This document shows, one piece after another, positions 47,546 through 57,890 of a stretch of 64,000 nucleotides of DNA. Within the stretch, counting starts at the first letter, position 1, and every line of letters starts with the position of its first letter. A program made the position numbers and the translations under genes. Where the stretch lies: assembly GCA_963674745.2 (NCBI GenBank), contig CAXXDV010000001.1, forward strand, positions 1,376,001 through 1,440,000, given 5' to 3'. Source of the stretch: Desulfosudaceae bacterium (lineage in GTDB: Bacteria > Desulfobacterota > Desulfobacteria > Desulfobacterales > Desulfosudaceae). The notes under the pieces were generated by a model. The model did not search any database, was not told the origin of the DNA, and saw only the letters and a list, made by a program, of their open reading frames with translations.

Positions 47546-48450
47546 GGTTGCTCCTGGTTCGGATGGGTTTTGTCATGGATTTGCTTAACTTCTCGCGGCA
47601 TTATTTTGGTATAGGCCTGGGTGGTTTTAAGGCTTTTGTGGCCCAGGAGCTCCTGGATATGGCGGATGTCGGCCCCGTTCTGCAACAGATGGGTGGCGCA
47701 GGTCCGGCGCAGGGTGTGCGGGGACACGCTGGTTTTAATGCCCGCCTGATCACGATACTTGACCAGCAGGCCCCTGACGCTAGCCGGTGTCATGGCCCGG
47801 CCGGTGATAAGCAGAAAAAGCCGTCTTTCTTTCGGGTTCTTTTTAGCGTAACAGGGCCGGATTTTTTCCAAATACGCTTTGACCCCTGCAGCGGCTGTTT
47901 TGCCCAGGGGTACCACCCGCTGACGTCCGCCTTTGCCATGGCGGATGTACAGCACGTCCTCTATTAAATCCACATGATAAATCTCAAGGCACAACAGCTC
48001 GTTTAACCGGATACCGGTGGAGTAAAGCACTTCCATGACGGCCCGGTCCCGGATATGGGTTTTTAAGGACAGGTTGGGCTGTTCAAGGAGCTTTTTCATC
48101 TCAGCCATGGTCAGCACAGGTCCGATGCGTCGGTGTCTGCGGCAGGTCTCAATAATACCCTCGGTGGGACTGATCAGCAACCGGTGATTTTCTTCCAAAT
48201 GCTCAAACAACCGTTTGACGGCCCGGATTTTCAAGGCTCTGGTCTCCATAGCCACGACCTGGGCCATAACATAAGACTGATAATCAAGCATGACTTGCCG
48301 GGTAACCTGTCTTAGATCGCTAATATTATTTCTGGTCAGCCAGGCCGCGAACTGGTCCAGGTTTTTTCTGTATATCTCGATTGTGGCCGGAGCATAGCCC
48401 CTGACTCTTAGTTGCTGCTTGAACTCGGCTATAGTTACGACGACCTCCAT
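47542..48450 (-). CDS. Tyrosine recombinase (XerC/D-like), first of the pair
   Basis: YSTGIRLNEL, GKGGRQR, HTLRRTCATH, LGHKSLKTTQAY; start set at MEVVV after a purine-rich RBS; ATGA coupling to the next gene. Confidence 0.95.
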   Translation of the reverse strand: MEVVVTIAEFKQQLRVRGYAPATIEIYRKNLDQFAAWLTRNNISDLRQVTRQVMLDYQSYVMAQVVAMETRALKIRAVKRLFEHLEENHRLLISPTEGIIETCRRHRRIGPVLTMAEMKKLLEQPNLSLKTHIRDRAVMEVLYSTGIRLNELLCLEIYHVDLIEDVLYIRHGKGGRQRVVPLGKTAAAGVKAYLEKIRPCYAKKNPKERRLFLLITGRAMTPASVRGLLVKYRDQAGIKTSVSPHTLRRTCATHLLQNGADIRHIQELLGHKSLKTTQAYTKIMPREVKQIHDKTHPNQEQP

Positions 48451-48488
48451 AAGCACCCCCTCTCTCTCCGCTGTTTCTTGCTCCACAA

Positions 48489-48587
48489 CCTCGTAGTCGT
48501 TCGGTTTGTGTCTTAACATCAGATGGTTAAGTGCCATTTTGACAGCCCTCGTTGTTCCCTCGTAGTTGCCCGAATTACCCTCGTAGT
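48489..48587. repeat. Four short direct repeats CCTCGT(A/T)GT
   Basis: Copies at 48489, 48547, 48558 and 48579. Confidence 0.7.
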
Positions 48588-50950
48588 CGGCTACTCTTCT
48601 CTTGTTTCATGAGTTTTTTTATTTCTTCGATCGGCGTCAGGTTTAAATAAAACCGGGTGATGTCTTCTCCCTGGCCCTTGTAATTTAAAGCATAGGCATA
48701 CTCCTTGCCCCTGGCACCGAACCGGACAAGCAGATATTCCAGGTCCTCAAGCTGGCTGATGTGGGCGCGGATCTGCCAGTCCGTCCAATTGATGGCTTCT
48801 CTGATCTGCCGCCGGGTAAAAAAGACCTCATCTACCGGGATCCTTTGTTTTTTGGATATGTCCATAACCATGCGATAGATGCCGTCAAGCAGTATCCGGG
48901 AAGGCCGGACCAGCTCGTCCAGGCTCTGACCCAGGACGTCATTGGCCAGGACATTGGCTTTGTTAATATCATCTAGAGTAACCTCGATGTATTCCACGGC
49001 CTTGCCGTCCGCCTGCACGGTCCTGGTCTGTCTCTGGTACTGATGCAAAAAGGCAATGGCCTCGATCAGGCCCAGGTATTTGTCATGGTCCCTTCGGCTG
49101 ATAAGCGATTTTGTGGGATAGGACAGGTACGGCGTAAAAGGGTTGACCACGGCCACGGGCTTTAACATCTGCTGGGCGATCTGGTGGATACGTTCAATAT
49201 GGGTTGATTTGGTCCGGTTGACAAGGCCCTCCAAAGTCCGGGCCTGCTTCTGCTTGTCGTGGATGGCGGCCGTCATGGATTCTGATTCGTCTATTGAAAG
49301 AAAGATAAACCGGGAAGCTGTCTCGGCTTCAATGTCGGCTGCCGTGGTGGTCAGCATGACCGAGACCGGGCCTTCCACGGTATAGGTTTCTGTTTTCATC
49401 TTGCCGGTGCCCGGGTCTTTCCCGGTCGCGGCAACTCTGATCCGGCCTTCTGACTGGATATTTCTTATGGAATAGGCAGCCCCGCCCACGCCCGCCTCCT
49501 CCTCGATGGCCAGGATTTTATGCTTTAATGATCCTTCTTCCTTGTAAAAAAGGGCCTGATCGGTCACGCGGGTGTATTTTTCTTGATGGCTTTCCGGAAC
49601 AAAGCGGAGGATGGCGTTCTGTAATGTCGATTTACCGGCCCCGCTTCGGGACTGGATCAGGGTGGACAAGGGCTTTGCCAGAAGCCGGGACACGGCCGTC
49701 AAATAACAAACAATCTTGTTGGTTTCTTCGCCCACAATGCCCATGACCAGCAAGGCGTCAAGGATTTCTTTAAACATGTCCGGAGATTTTAAAAATTTTT
49801 CTGCGGCGGTCTTTTCTGTCTGGCTGGGCTCAAGGGGTTTGGTTTCCTGGGCTTTGGGCTGGAAGTTTTCCACCAGGGTCAGGAGTTTGCCGATATCTTC
49901 TTTTGCCAGCTCCTCGGCCGCGCCGAACAGGTCGGCGCAGAGTTTCGCAAACCACAGCCGGGACCGGGAAGAATAAAGATCAATGGTGGTCAGCTCAAAA
50001 GGCAGGTTGCTCTCAACGTCGGCAGATGCCTTGATCACGGCTTTTAGCTGGGTCTCGCCGCGCTGTATGCCCTTGACGTGGTATTGTCGTTTTCCGTATC
50101 CCACGATAAAGCCCTGTTGCGTATGCTTGTAGATGGTCTTTTTGCGGGGATGGACATAATCGGAGTGTTCCAATGCTTTCGGGTTGACCTGATTCAGTAG
50201 GGCCTCGAACTGCTCGGGGGTATGCCGCTTAAAGTAGATGGTAACATCTTTAACGGGCAGCTCAATAGCATAAGGCGTGACCTGTGCTTCTTTTAGCTGC
50301 AAGGACACGATTTGTGCTGTTTTGCGACCTTTGTCGTCACCGCTAAAGACCAGGTAGGCGTCTTTTATCCTGCCCTTGCAATAAGAAAGATGATCAGCGG
50401 TAATGCCGTTGGCGTCGTACAGGGGCATGACTTTTTTAAATCCTTGATCGTAAAGAACTAAAGCGTCAATGACCGTTTCTGTCAGCAGGATCGTCTGGGA
50501 ATGCTTGACAGCCCGGGTATTAATCAGGCCGGAACATCGGCCTGGCAGGTATAAATGGGGCTGTTCGGAGGCTTCGTCTGTTTTGCGGCCGTACAGATTG
50601 ACCACGGCCCCGGTTGTATCGTACAGCGGGAAGACCACGCAGTTTAAAAAGCGTTCCTTGCTTTTGGTGTTCAGGATGCCGATGGTTTTTAAATCAGCGA
50701 TAATTTTGTCATCATCCGGCAGGGTGGAAGGTAATGTGCCATTGACGTAGCCGGCGCCAAAGTCCCTTAAGGATTTGTTTTTATTTATGTTCCGGACGTT
50801 TTTCAGGTAGTCCAGCCCTAGGGCGGTCTTTTCAAACGTATGCTGATAATAGGCGACCACGCGCGCCAAAAGCTTTTTTTCTCTGACGGTCAGGGGGATG
50901 GAGTCGTTGTTTGTAACTTTGATGCGATCTGCGCTTTTTTGTTCTATCAT
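48575..50950 (-). CDS. DnaG-like primase/TOPRIM plus P-loop ATPase (helicase-like) fusion of a mobile element; start uncertain
   Basis: ERFLNCVVFPLYD..G.VVNLYGR, HLYLPG, LTETVIDAL, Walker A SRSGAGKS, Walker B LAIEEE. Confidence 0.85.
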   Translation of the reverse strand: MIEQKSADRIKVTNNDSIPLTVREKKLLARVVAYYQHTFEKTALGLDYLKNVRNINKNKSLRDFGAGYVNGTLPSTLPDDDKIIADLKTIGILNTKSKERFLNCVVFPLYDTTGAVVNLYGRKTDEASEQPHLYLPGRCSGLINTRAVKHSQTILLTETVIDALVLYDQGFKKVMPLYDANGITADHLSYCKGRIKDAYLVFSGDDKGRKTAQIVSLQLKEAQVTPYAIELPVKDVTIYFKRHTPEQFEALLNQVNPKALEHSDYVHPRKKTIYKHTQQGFIVGYGKRQYHVKGIQRGETQLKAVIKASADVESNLPFELTTIDLYSSRSRLWFAKLCADLFGAAEELAKEDIGKLLTLVENFQPKAQETKPLEPSQTEKTAAEKFLKSPDMFKEILDALLVMGIVGEETNKIVCYLTAVSRLLAKPLSTLIQSRSGAGKSTLQNAILRFVPESHQEKYTRVTDQALFYKEEGSLKHKILAIEEEAGVGGAAYSIRNIQSEGRIRVAATGKDPGTGKMKTETYTVEGPVSVMLTTTAADIEAETASRFIFLSIDESESMTAAIHDKQKQARTLEGLVNRTKSTHIERIHQIAQQMLKPVAVVNPFTPYLSYPTKSLISRRDHDKYLGLIEAIAFLHQYQRQTRTVQADGKAVEYIEVTLDDINKANVLANDVLGQSLDELVRPSRILLDGIYRMVMDISKKQRIPVDEVFFTRRQIREAINWTDWQIRAHISQLEDLEYLLVRFGARGKEYAYALNYKGQGEDITRFYLNLTPIEEIKKLMKQEKSSRLRG

Positions 50951-51151
50951 ATCTACGCTCTCATCTGTCAGGCATGTTAAAAGATTGACTGTTGTTTTCC
51001 TGATGCCTGATAATGAACCATAGATAAGTGTGTAAAAGTCAGAAAAGCGACTTTTGCGGCTCGGCCGGGTTATGTGTTCGGCCAACCATTGATGCCCAAG
51101 AGTGTTTCGGAGGAGGGGCGTCAAAGCCGGAGGATGAATTCAAAGGAGGGG

Positions 51152-52006
51152 TTACAAACCAGTCAGCAGGGCCTGAACAGCCTGCCGCTCATAAGCGCGG
51201 CTGACCAGGGGGCCGTCCTTGAGGTGATCGATGCGGTCCGTAAACGAAGTCGTTTCCTTCTGATAAAGGATGCCGATGGGAATCTTTTCTTCCCATTGTT
51301 CAGCCAGGGCCAGGGCCTGCTGTTTGTTGGACATATCATGATCACTTCCAAGCAGATCGAACACCCGCTGTTTGTACCAGGCATGTGTGTTGACCCGGTT
51401 AAAAGAAACGCAGGGATGCAGAATATCCACCAGGCTGAAGCCTTTATGGCGGATGGCGGCCTGAATGACGCCCACCAGGTTGTCTTTGCTGCCGGAATAA
51501 CTACGGGCGACAAAGCCCGCGCCCAGGGCCAGGGCCACGGCCAGGGGGTTGAAGGCTTCGTAAAGCACACCCCGGCGCTGCATTTTAGTGACAAAACCCC
51601 GGTCGGAGGTGGGTGAGGACTGGCCCTTGGTCAGGCCATAGACCTTGTTGTCATGAACCAGCAGGGTGATATCGATGTTGCGGCGAACGGCGTTTAGAAA
51701 ATGGTTGCCCCCCTCGCCGTAACAATCACCGTCGCCGGAGTTGACGATGATGGTCAGGTCATGGTTGGCAATCTTGGCGCCGGTGGCCACGGGCAGGGCC
51801 CGGCCGTGAAGGCCGTGGAAAAAATTGCATTTTAAAAAATGGGGGGTTTTGCCGGCCTGCCCGATGCCCGACACCAGCAGGACGTTTTCAGGGGCCATAT
51901 CCAGGCCGGCTAGGGCTGTTTTCATGGCATCCAGAATGTTGAAATTGCCGCAGCCCGGGCACCACTTGTTTTCAAAACCACATTCAAAAGCCTGCTTATT
52001 AATCAT
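51152..52006 (-). CDS. korB: 2-oxoacid:ferredoxin oxidoreductase beta subunit
   Basis: WCPGCGNF, HGLHGRALP, SGDGD, YGLTKGQSSPT. Confidence 0.9.
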   Translation of the reverse strand: MINKQAFECGFENKWCPGCGNFNILDAMKTALAGLDMAPENVLLVSGIGQAGKTPHFLKCNFFHGLHGRALPVATGAKIANHDLTIIVNSGDGDCYGEGGNHFLNAVRRNIDITLLVHDNKVYGLTKGQSSPTSDRGFVTKMQRRGVLYEAFNPLAVALALGAGFVARSYSGSKDNLVGVIQAAIRHKGFSLVDILHPCVSFNRVNTHAWYKQRVFDLLGSDHDMSNKQQALALAEQWEEKIPIGILYQKETTSFTDRIDHLKDGPLVSRAYERQAVQALLTGL

Positions 52007-53711
52007 TGCTTCCTCCTGAAAAGGCATGATAACCGTCGATAACGTCTTCGGCGGTCAACGGCCGGCCGTCATATTTCAAAATCGCGCCATCGGGCGAAAG
52101 GCCGCTCTGCTGCCGGATGAGCTGACCCAGCTGGGCGGTGGCGTTGGCTTCCACGGTCAGGATGGTGTCCGCCGATCCGACGGCGTCGACAAAGGGCTGT
52201 TGCGGAAACGGCCAGAGGTCGGCCATGGTAAGGCATCCGATATCCACCCCGTCAACATGAAGCCGTTCCACGGCTTCTTCGACCGCGCCGGCCGAAGACC
52301 CCCAGGCGATCAGCAGGGTTTTGCTGTCCGGGTAAAGCGTGTCCGGCGGCTGCATTTCCCCGGTCATGGCCGCGAATTTGTCAAAGCGCTTGTTGACCAT
52401 GTTTACCCGGTTGGTTTTGTCCTCGCTGATGTGCCCGTCGGGCGTGTGCTCATTGCCCGACACGGCCACCAGGGCTTTGCCGGCACAGGGCAGGGCCCGG
52501 GGGGAAACACCGGATTCGGCTAGGGCGTATCGCAGGTATTCTTCCGGGTTTTTGATATCGGAGTCGGTGACGAGATGGCGTTCAATCTGTTCCGGGGCCT
52601 GAAAAGAAGCCTTTGTTACGGCCGTCATGTCGTTAAAAAAATGATCGGTCAAAACGATGACCGGTACCTGGTAAAGGTCGGCCAGGTCAAAGGCCCGCAG
52701 CATGATCTCGTAACCTTCGTCCACGTTCCGGGGGGCAAAGACAAAGCGGGGAAACTCATCCTGGGAGGCATTGATAACAAACAGCAGGTCGCCCTGGGCG
52801 GTGCGGGTGGGCAGGCCGGTGGCCGGGCCGGGACGCTGGGAGTTGATGACCACCAGGGGCGTTTCGGTGATACCGGCCAGCCCCAGGCCTTCGGTCATGA
52901 GGCAGAAACCGCCGCCGGAGGTGGCCGTCAGTGCCCGGGCACCGGCAAACGAAGCGCCGATGGCCATGTTGACGGCCGCGATTTCATCCTCGGCCTGTTC
53001 CACCACCAGTGGATATGTATCGGATATTTCGGACAACTGCTGCATGATACCGGTGGCCGGTGACATGGGATAAAAAGCGCCGACCCGCACATCAGCAGCC
53101 AACGCCCCCAGGGCCAGCGCCCGGGAACCGGACATGAGCAGACCGTCAGATGGTGAAGGCGTCCATTTGAAGGCTTTGGCAAAGGCGATATCCTTCATGG
53201 CCTGGTAGCCGGCCCGGGCGGTGGCCATATTTTTTTCTTGTACGGCCTGATCGGCTTTTTCAAAATGGGTGGACAGAATCTCTTCCAGCATCTCAAGCGG
53301 CGCGCCCAGCAGGGCCAGGCAGGCTCCTGCGGCCACCGTGTTGGCCATGATTTTACCGCCGGCTTCTTCGGCCATGCCGGTTATGGGAATCCGGTGCGTG
53401 TTGCCGTTGGAAGAGGCTTTTTCATCGTCCACAATAACAAGGCCGTCCGGCGCCAGCCGTTGCTGATGACGGTCGACGGTTTCCGGGGTCATGGCCAGCA
53501 GCAGATCGATGGAACGGCAGGGCGCTTTGACAGGCCGGTCGCTGACGCGGATCTGAACATTGCTGTGTCCGCCCCGGATGCGGGACTCATAGTTGTTGAC
53601 GGCAAGTACATGCAGCCCGGTTTTCCGGCAGACCTGGACCAGCAGGTCGCCGACGGTCTGGATGCCCTGGCCGGCTGCGCCGCCGATGAGGATATTGATG
53701 TCGATTGACAT
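51999..53711 (-). CDS. korA: 2-oxoacid:acceptor oxidoreductase alpha subunit
   Basis: GGAAGQGI, ESRIRGGHS, YPMSPAT, QAEDEIAA, QRPGPATGLPT. Confidence 0.9.
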   Translation of the reverse strand: MSIDINILIGGAAGQGIQTVGDLLVQVCRKTGLHVLAVNNYESRIRGGHSNVQIRVSDRPVKAPCRSIDLLLAMTPETVDRHQQRLAPDGLVIVDDEKASSNGNTHRIPITGMAEEAGGKIMANTVAAGACLALLGAPLEMLEEILSTHFEKADQAVQEKNMATARAGYQAMKDIAFAKAFKWTPSPSDGLLMSGSRALALGALAADVRVGAFYPMSPATGIMQQLSEISDTYPLVVEQAEDEIAAVNMAIGASFAGARALTATSGGGFCLMTEGLGLAGITETPLVVINSQRPGPATGLPTRTAQGDLLFVINASQDEFPRFVFAPRNVDEGYEIMLRAFDLADLYQVPVIVLTDHFFNDMTAVTKASFQAPEQIERHLVTDSDIKNPEEYLRYALAESGVSPRALPCAGKALVAVSGNEHTPDGHISEDKTNRVNMVNKRFDKFAAMTGEMQPPDTLYPDSKTLLIAWGSSAGAVEEAVERLHVDGVDIGCLTMADLWPFPQQPFVDAVGSADTILTVEANATAQLGQLIRQQSGLSPDGAILKYDGRPLTAEDVIDGYHAFSGGSND

Positions 53712-53737
53712 AAGCATTCACCTTTAATTAAACAATT

Positions 53738-53928
53738 TAACCCGGAAATTTCACGAGTTGATTTTGAGCCTGGCCCCTGGCGCCTTCTGCAAGGCCCAGG
53801 AAGGGGCACCCCCCTGTGGGTGCCCTTTGGTCGGGGGCCACAGGGGGCCGCCCCTACAATATCCGTCAATTATTTGCGTTTTAAATATGTTCATAGATGG
53901 CGATAAAATTCATGAAATATCAGAATTA
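53738..53928. repeat. REP-containing MITE-like element
   Basis: Imperfect terminal inverted repeats TAACCCGGAAATTTCACGAGTT / AATTCATGAAATATCAGAATTA around a REP doublet; related end at 1803-1824. Confidence 0.55.
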
Positions 53929-56601
53929 AGGGGCCGGGGTGTCAAGCAGCTGCCGCAACACGTAGGGCAGGATTCCGCCATGCCGGTAATAGTCGACCTC
54001 GACTTCCGAGTCGAGACGGGCGATTACGTCAAACGTAATAAAGTCGATATCGTTTTCATCTGCACGGACCAAAAGTGTTTTACCGGGGGTCAGACCGTCG
54101 CTGATACCGGTAATCGAAAAAATTTCGTGGCCGGTCAGGCCCAGGCTTTCGGCGCTCATGCCGGGCTTGAACTGCAGCGGCAGCACGCCCATGGCCACCA
54201 GGTTGCTGCGGTGAATGCGTTCAAAACTTTCGGCAATCACCGCACGGACACCGAGCAACTGAGTCCCCTTGGCGGCCCAGTCCCGGGAACTCCCGGACCC
54301 GTAATCTTTACCGGCCAGCACGATCAGCGGGACATGGTCCTTTTTATACGCCATGGCCGCGTCATATATGCTCATGACCTCATTGCCCGGCAAAAAGGTT
54401 GTCCAGCCGCCTTCGGTTTCCGGAGCCAGACGGTTTTTAAGGCGGATATTGCCGAAGGTTCCCCGTATCATGATTTCATGGTTGCCCCGGCGCGCGCCAT
54501 ACGAGTTGAAATCAGTGGGCGGTATCCTGTTTAAAAGCAGGTATTGGCCGGCCGGGCTGTCTCCCGGGATTTCACCTGCCGGTGAAATGTGATCGGTGGT
54601 AATGGTGTCTCCCAACACCGCCAGCACACGTGCCTGGTTGATGTCTCCGGGATCCGGGGCTGACGGTGCCATGTCGATAAAAAAGGGCGGTTCCTTGATA
54701 TAAGAAGAGTCCGCATCCCATCGATATCGTTCCCGGCGGACGTCCGGAAGTTTTCGCCAGTTCCCGTAACCATTATAGACCGCCTTATAACAGTCTAAAA
54801 ACAGGTCCGGGGTGACAAAAGACATCAGATCGTTGATTTCATCATCCGTCGGCCAGATGTCTCTGAGGAATACCGGCTGGTCATCCGCATCCCGGCCCAG
54901 GGGTTCGTTTTCAAGATCAATATGGACGGTTCCTGCCAGCGCGTAAGCAATCACCAGCATGGGCGAGGCCAGGTAGTTGGCCCGGGTCATCGGGTTGACC
55001 CGGCCTTCATAATTACGGTTGCCGCTCAGGACGGATGCTGCGATCAGGCCGTTTCTCCAGACCTGACGTTGGATTTCACGGTCCAGCGGGCCGCTGTTGC
55101 CGATACAGGTCGTGCAGCCGTAAGCTACCGGATGGAACCCCAGTTTTTCCAGGCTGGAAAGCAGACCGGATTTCTGCAGATATTTCGTTACCACCCGTGA
55201 TCCCGGTGCCAGGCTGGTTTTGACCCATGGTTTGACTTCCAGGTCCCGGGAAACCGCTTTTTGGGCCAGCAGTCCGGCACCCAGCAGGATTGCGGGGTTG
55301 GACGTGTTGGTGCAACTGGTAATGGCCGCGATAACAACCGCACCGTGGTCCAGTCGGGATATCGGTGCCTGCCTGTCCGGCGTTTTTGATGCCACGCCAA
55401 AGGCATCGGTAAAAGATTGTTTCAGGTTGCGCACCGGGACCCGTTCATGCGGTTTTTTTGGTCCTGCCAGGCAGGGCTCTACAGTGGCCAGGTCGAGATG
55501 AATCGTATCGGAATAAACGGGCTGCGGGGTCTTTGGCGTATGGAACAACCCCTGGGCGGAACAGTAAGTCTTCACTAGGGTTACCCGTGATTTTGATCGG
55601 CCAGTCAGCAACAGGTAATCCAGCGTTTTATGATCTATCGGAAACATGGAAACAGTGGCGCCGAATTCGGGCGTCATGTTGGCGATGGTGGCCCGGTCCG
55701 GGAGGCTGAGCGCCGCCAGTCCACTGCCGTAAAATTCAATAAAATTACCCACCATATCTTTCTTGCGGGCTATTTCGGTTATGGTCAGTACCAGGTCCGT
55801 GGCGGTAACGCCTTTGGACAGCCGACCGGACAGCTCAAAACCGATCACCCGCGGCGGCAGAAAGTAAATCGGCTGGCCCAGCATGACGGCTTCAGCCTCG
55901 ATGCCGCCCACACCCCAGCCCACAACGCCCAGCGCATTGATCATGGTGGTATGCGAATCCAGGCCGACCAGGGTGTCGAAATAAGCCAGCCGGCCTTCTT
56001 CAAAGGGTTCGCCAACAACCACCCGGCTCAGATATTCCAGGTTGACCTGGTGGCAGATGCCTGTCACCGGGGGGACGACAAAAAAATTGTCAAAGCTGGC
56101 CTGCCCCCATTTTAAAAACAAATACCGTTCACGATTACGCTTCATTTCTTTTTCAGCGTTAACGGCCAGCGCGGACATACTGCCGTAAGCATCGACTTGA
56201 ACCGAATGGTCGATGACCAGGTGGACCGGAATACGGGGGTTGATTCGGCCGGGATCTCCGCCCTGTCGGAATAATGCTTCCCGCATGGCAGCCAGGTCGG
56301 CCACTGCCGGAACACCGGTGAAGTCCTGCATCAGGACCCGGGTCGGTAAAAAAGGAATTTCGGCTTTTTTTTCCTCGTCCGGTGACCAGTGAGCCAGGCT
56401 TTCGATATGGTCCCGGGTGACCAGTCGCCCATCTTCATTCCTCATCAGGTTTTCCAGCAGAATACGGATACTGACCGGCAGCCGGGTAAAGTCGAGGTTC
56501 AGTTTTTCGGCCAGCTTTTCCAGGCTGTAGTAGGCCGTCGGCTGTTCATCGATTGTCAGCGATGACCGGGTCTGAAAAGAATCAACACTTTGCTTTGTCA
56601 T
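53926..56601 (-). CDS. acnA: Aconitate hydratase A
   Basis: RVLMQDFTGVPA, DHSVQVD, AAITSCTNTSNP, GCTTCIGNSG, GSGSSRDWAAKG; start MTKQS. Confidence 0.97.
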   Translation of the reverse strand: MTKQSVDSFQTRSSLTIDEQPTAYYSLEKLAEKLNLDFTRLPVSIRILLENLMRNEDGRLVTRDHIESLAHWSPDEEKKAEIPFLPTRVLMQDFTGVPAVADLAAMREALFRQGGDPGRINPRIPVHLVIDHSVQVDAYGSMSALAVNAEKEMKRNRERYLFLKWGQASFDNFFVVPPVTGICHQVNLEYLSRVVVGEPFEEGRLAYFDTLVGLDSHTTMINALGVVGWGVGGIEAEAVMLGQPIYFLPPRVIGFELSGRLSKGVTATDLVLTITEIARKKDMVGNFIEFYGSGLAALSLPDRATIANMTPEFGATVSMFPIDHKTLDYLLLTGRSKSRVTLVKTYCSAQGLFHTPKTPQPVYSDTIHLDLATVEPCLAGPKKPHERVPVRNLKQSFTDAFGVASKTPDRQAPISRLDHGAVVIAAITSCTNTSNPAILLGAGLLAQKAVSRDLEVKPWVKTSLAPGSRVVTKYLQKSGLLSSLEKLGFHPVAYGCTTCIGNSGPLDREIQRQVWRNGLIAASVLSGNRNYEGRVNPMTRANYLASPMLVIAYALAGTVHIDLENEPLGRDADDQPVFLRDIWPTDDEINDLMSFVTPDLFLDCYKAVYNGYGNWRKLPDVRRERYRWDADSSYIKEPPFFIDMAPSAPDPGDINQARVLAVLGDTITTDHISPAGEIPGDSPAGQYLLLNRIPPTDFNSYGARRGNHEIMIRGTFGNIRLKNRLAPETEGGWTTFLPGNEVMSIYDAAMAYKKDHVPLIVLAGKDYGSGSSRDWAAKGTQLLGVRAVIAESFERIHRSNLVAMGVLPLQFKPGMSAESLGLTGHEIFSITGISDGLTPGKTLLVRADENDIDFITFDVIARLDSEVEVDYYRHGGILPYVLRQLLDTPAP

Positions 56602-56605
56602 TTTG

Positions 56606-57787
56606 CTACTTTCGTTCATCCAGAGGAATAAATGAACATTCGTCCGGACCGCAGTATTCGCCGACATACTCGGCCGATGGCCGGTACAGGGCCGGTTTTG
56701 ATCCGGCGCCGCCCAGTTGCTCTTCGATGATATGGGCCACCCAGCCGGCCACACGGGAAATAGCAAAGACCGGGGTAAACAGATCAACGGGAATGTTCAT
56801 GTAGTTGTAGACCGAGGCACTGTAGAAATCGACATTGGGATAGATATCCATTCCCTTTTTTTCTTTAAAAGCGGCTTTTCCCTTCTGTTCCAGGGCCACT
56901 GTCATATCGTACCAGAGCGGTTCGCCGGTGAGTTCACCCAAACGTCGGGACATGGCCGACAGGATGGTCGCCCGGGGGTCGCCGGTTTTATATACCGCAT
57001 GTCCCAATCCCATGATTTTGCCGCCGGTATCCAGTATGTTCGTGATATAGGCATCAATGGCTTCGACCGAACCGATCTCTTTTAACATCTGCATGACCCG
57101 CGAATTGGCACCGCCATGAAGCTCACCGGAAAGAGAGCCGACAGCCGCGGAAACAGCCGCATATATGTGGGCCCGGGTGGATGCCACCTGGCGGGCGGAA
57201 AACGTGGAGGCATTAAAAGAGTGCTCGGCATGAAGCACCAGGCAGACATCGAAAAACCGGGCCGTCTCCGCGTCTGGCCGTTGACCGGTCAGCATGTAGA
57301 GAAAATTGGCCGCGTGGCCCAAATCCGGATCGGGTGAGATGACGGGCTGGCCGGTGCGAATCCGGTGCCAGGTTGCTACGATCGTGGCCATTGAGGCCAA
57401 AAGCCGGATACCGGATATCAGGGCATTGTCCCTGTTCGGTGTTTTAATGCCGGGATCATCCCGGGCCAGCAGGGGGATTACGCCCTGCAAAACGTCCATG
57501 GGATGGGTCTGTTTGGAAATGTTCTCCATGGCACCGATCAGTTCCGTGCCGATAGTCCGGTTTTCGGACAGGGCGGCGCTAAACTGATTTAATTGCCCCG
57601 GGTCCGGCAGTGTTTCGTAAAGCAACAGGTGTGCGACTTCTTCATAGGTGGCGGACTCGGCCAGGTCGGTGATAATAAATCCGCGATAAATCAGCTTGCC
57701 GGCCTCACCATCCACATGGCTGATGCGTGTTCTGGCGACTTTGACGCCCCTTAACCCGGTGTCCATTATCTGGTCGTTTTCCTGCAT
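56606..57787 (-). CDS. gltA: Citrate synthase
   Basis: GLRGV, HAEHSFNASTF, GELHGGAN, MGLGHAVYK..DPR, YPNVDFYS. Confidence 0.95.
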   Translation of the reverse strand: MQENDQIMDTGLRGVKVARTRISHVDGEAGKLIYRGFIITDLAESATYEEVAHLLLYETLPDPGQLNQFSAALSENRTIGTELIGAMENISKQTHPMDVLQGVIPLLARDDPGIKTPNRDNALISGIRLLASMATIVATWHRIRTGQPVISPDPDLGHAANFLYMLTGQRPDAETARFFDVCLVLHAEHSFNASTFSARQVASTRAHIYAAVSAAVGSLSGELHGGANSRVMQMLKEIGSVEAIDAYITNILDTGGKIMGLGHAVYKTGDPRATILSAMSRRLGELTGEPLWYDMTVALEQKGKAAFKEKKGMDIYPNVDFYSASVYNYMNIPVDLFTPVFAISRVAGWVAHIIEEQLGGAGSKPALYRPSAEYVGEYCGPDECSFIPLDERK

Positions 57788-57890
57788 TTATCCGGTCTCC
57801 CCTTAGACGGCGTGGTAAAAAAATTTATTTTGCCATCCAAAATCTGGCTTTTGTTAGCGTTTTAAAAGAACTTTTGTATGATGCCGCTTT

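Noticed and set aside
46619..48450. Recombinases as housekeeping xerC/xerD or as integron integrase IntI
   Set aside because: They form a tandem coupled pair behind a primase-ATPase. I see no IntI-specific insertion and no canonical attC (RYYYAAC...GTTRRRY) series.
51113..51123. GAGGGGCGTCA versus GAGGGGTGTCA (about 32745) as attL/attR of the island
   Set aside because: A 10/11 match is too short to be significant, so island boundaries remain undefined.
56602..56787. N-terminal extension of acnA (similar extensions for korB, primase, recombinase 1, 41891 ORF)
   Set aside because: They overlap upstream genes or lack an RBS; downstream ATGs fit family N-termini better.
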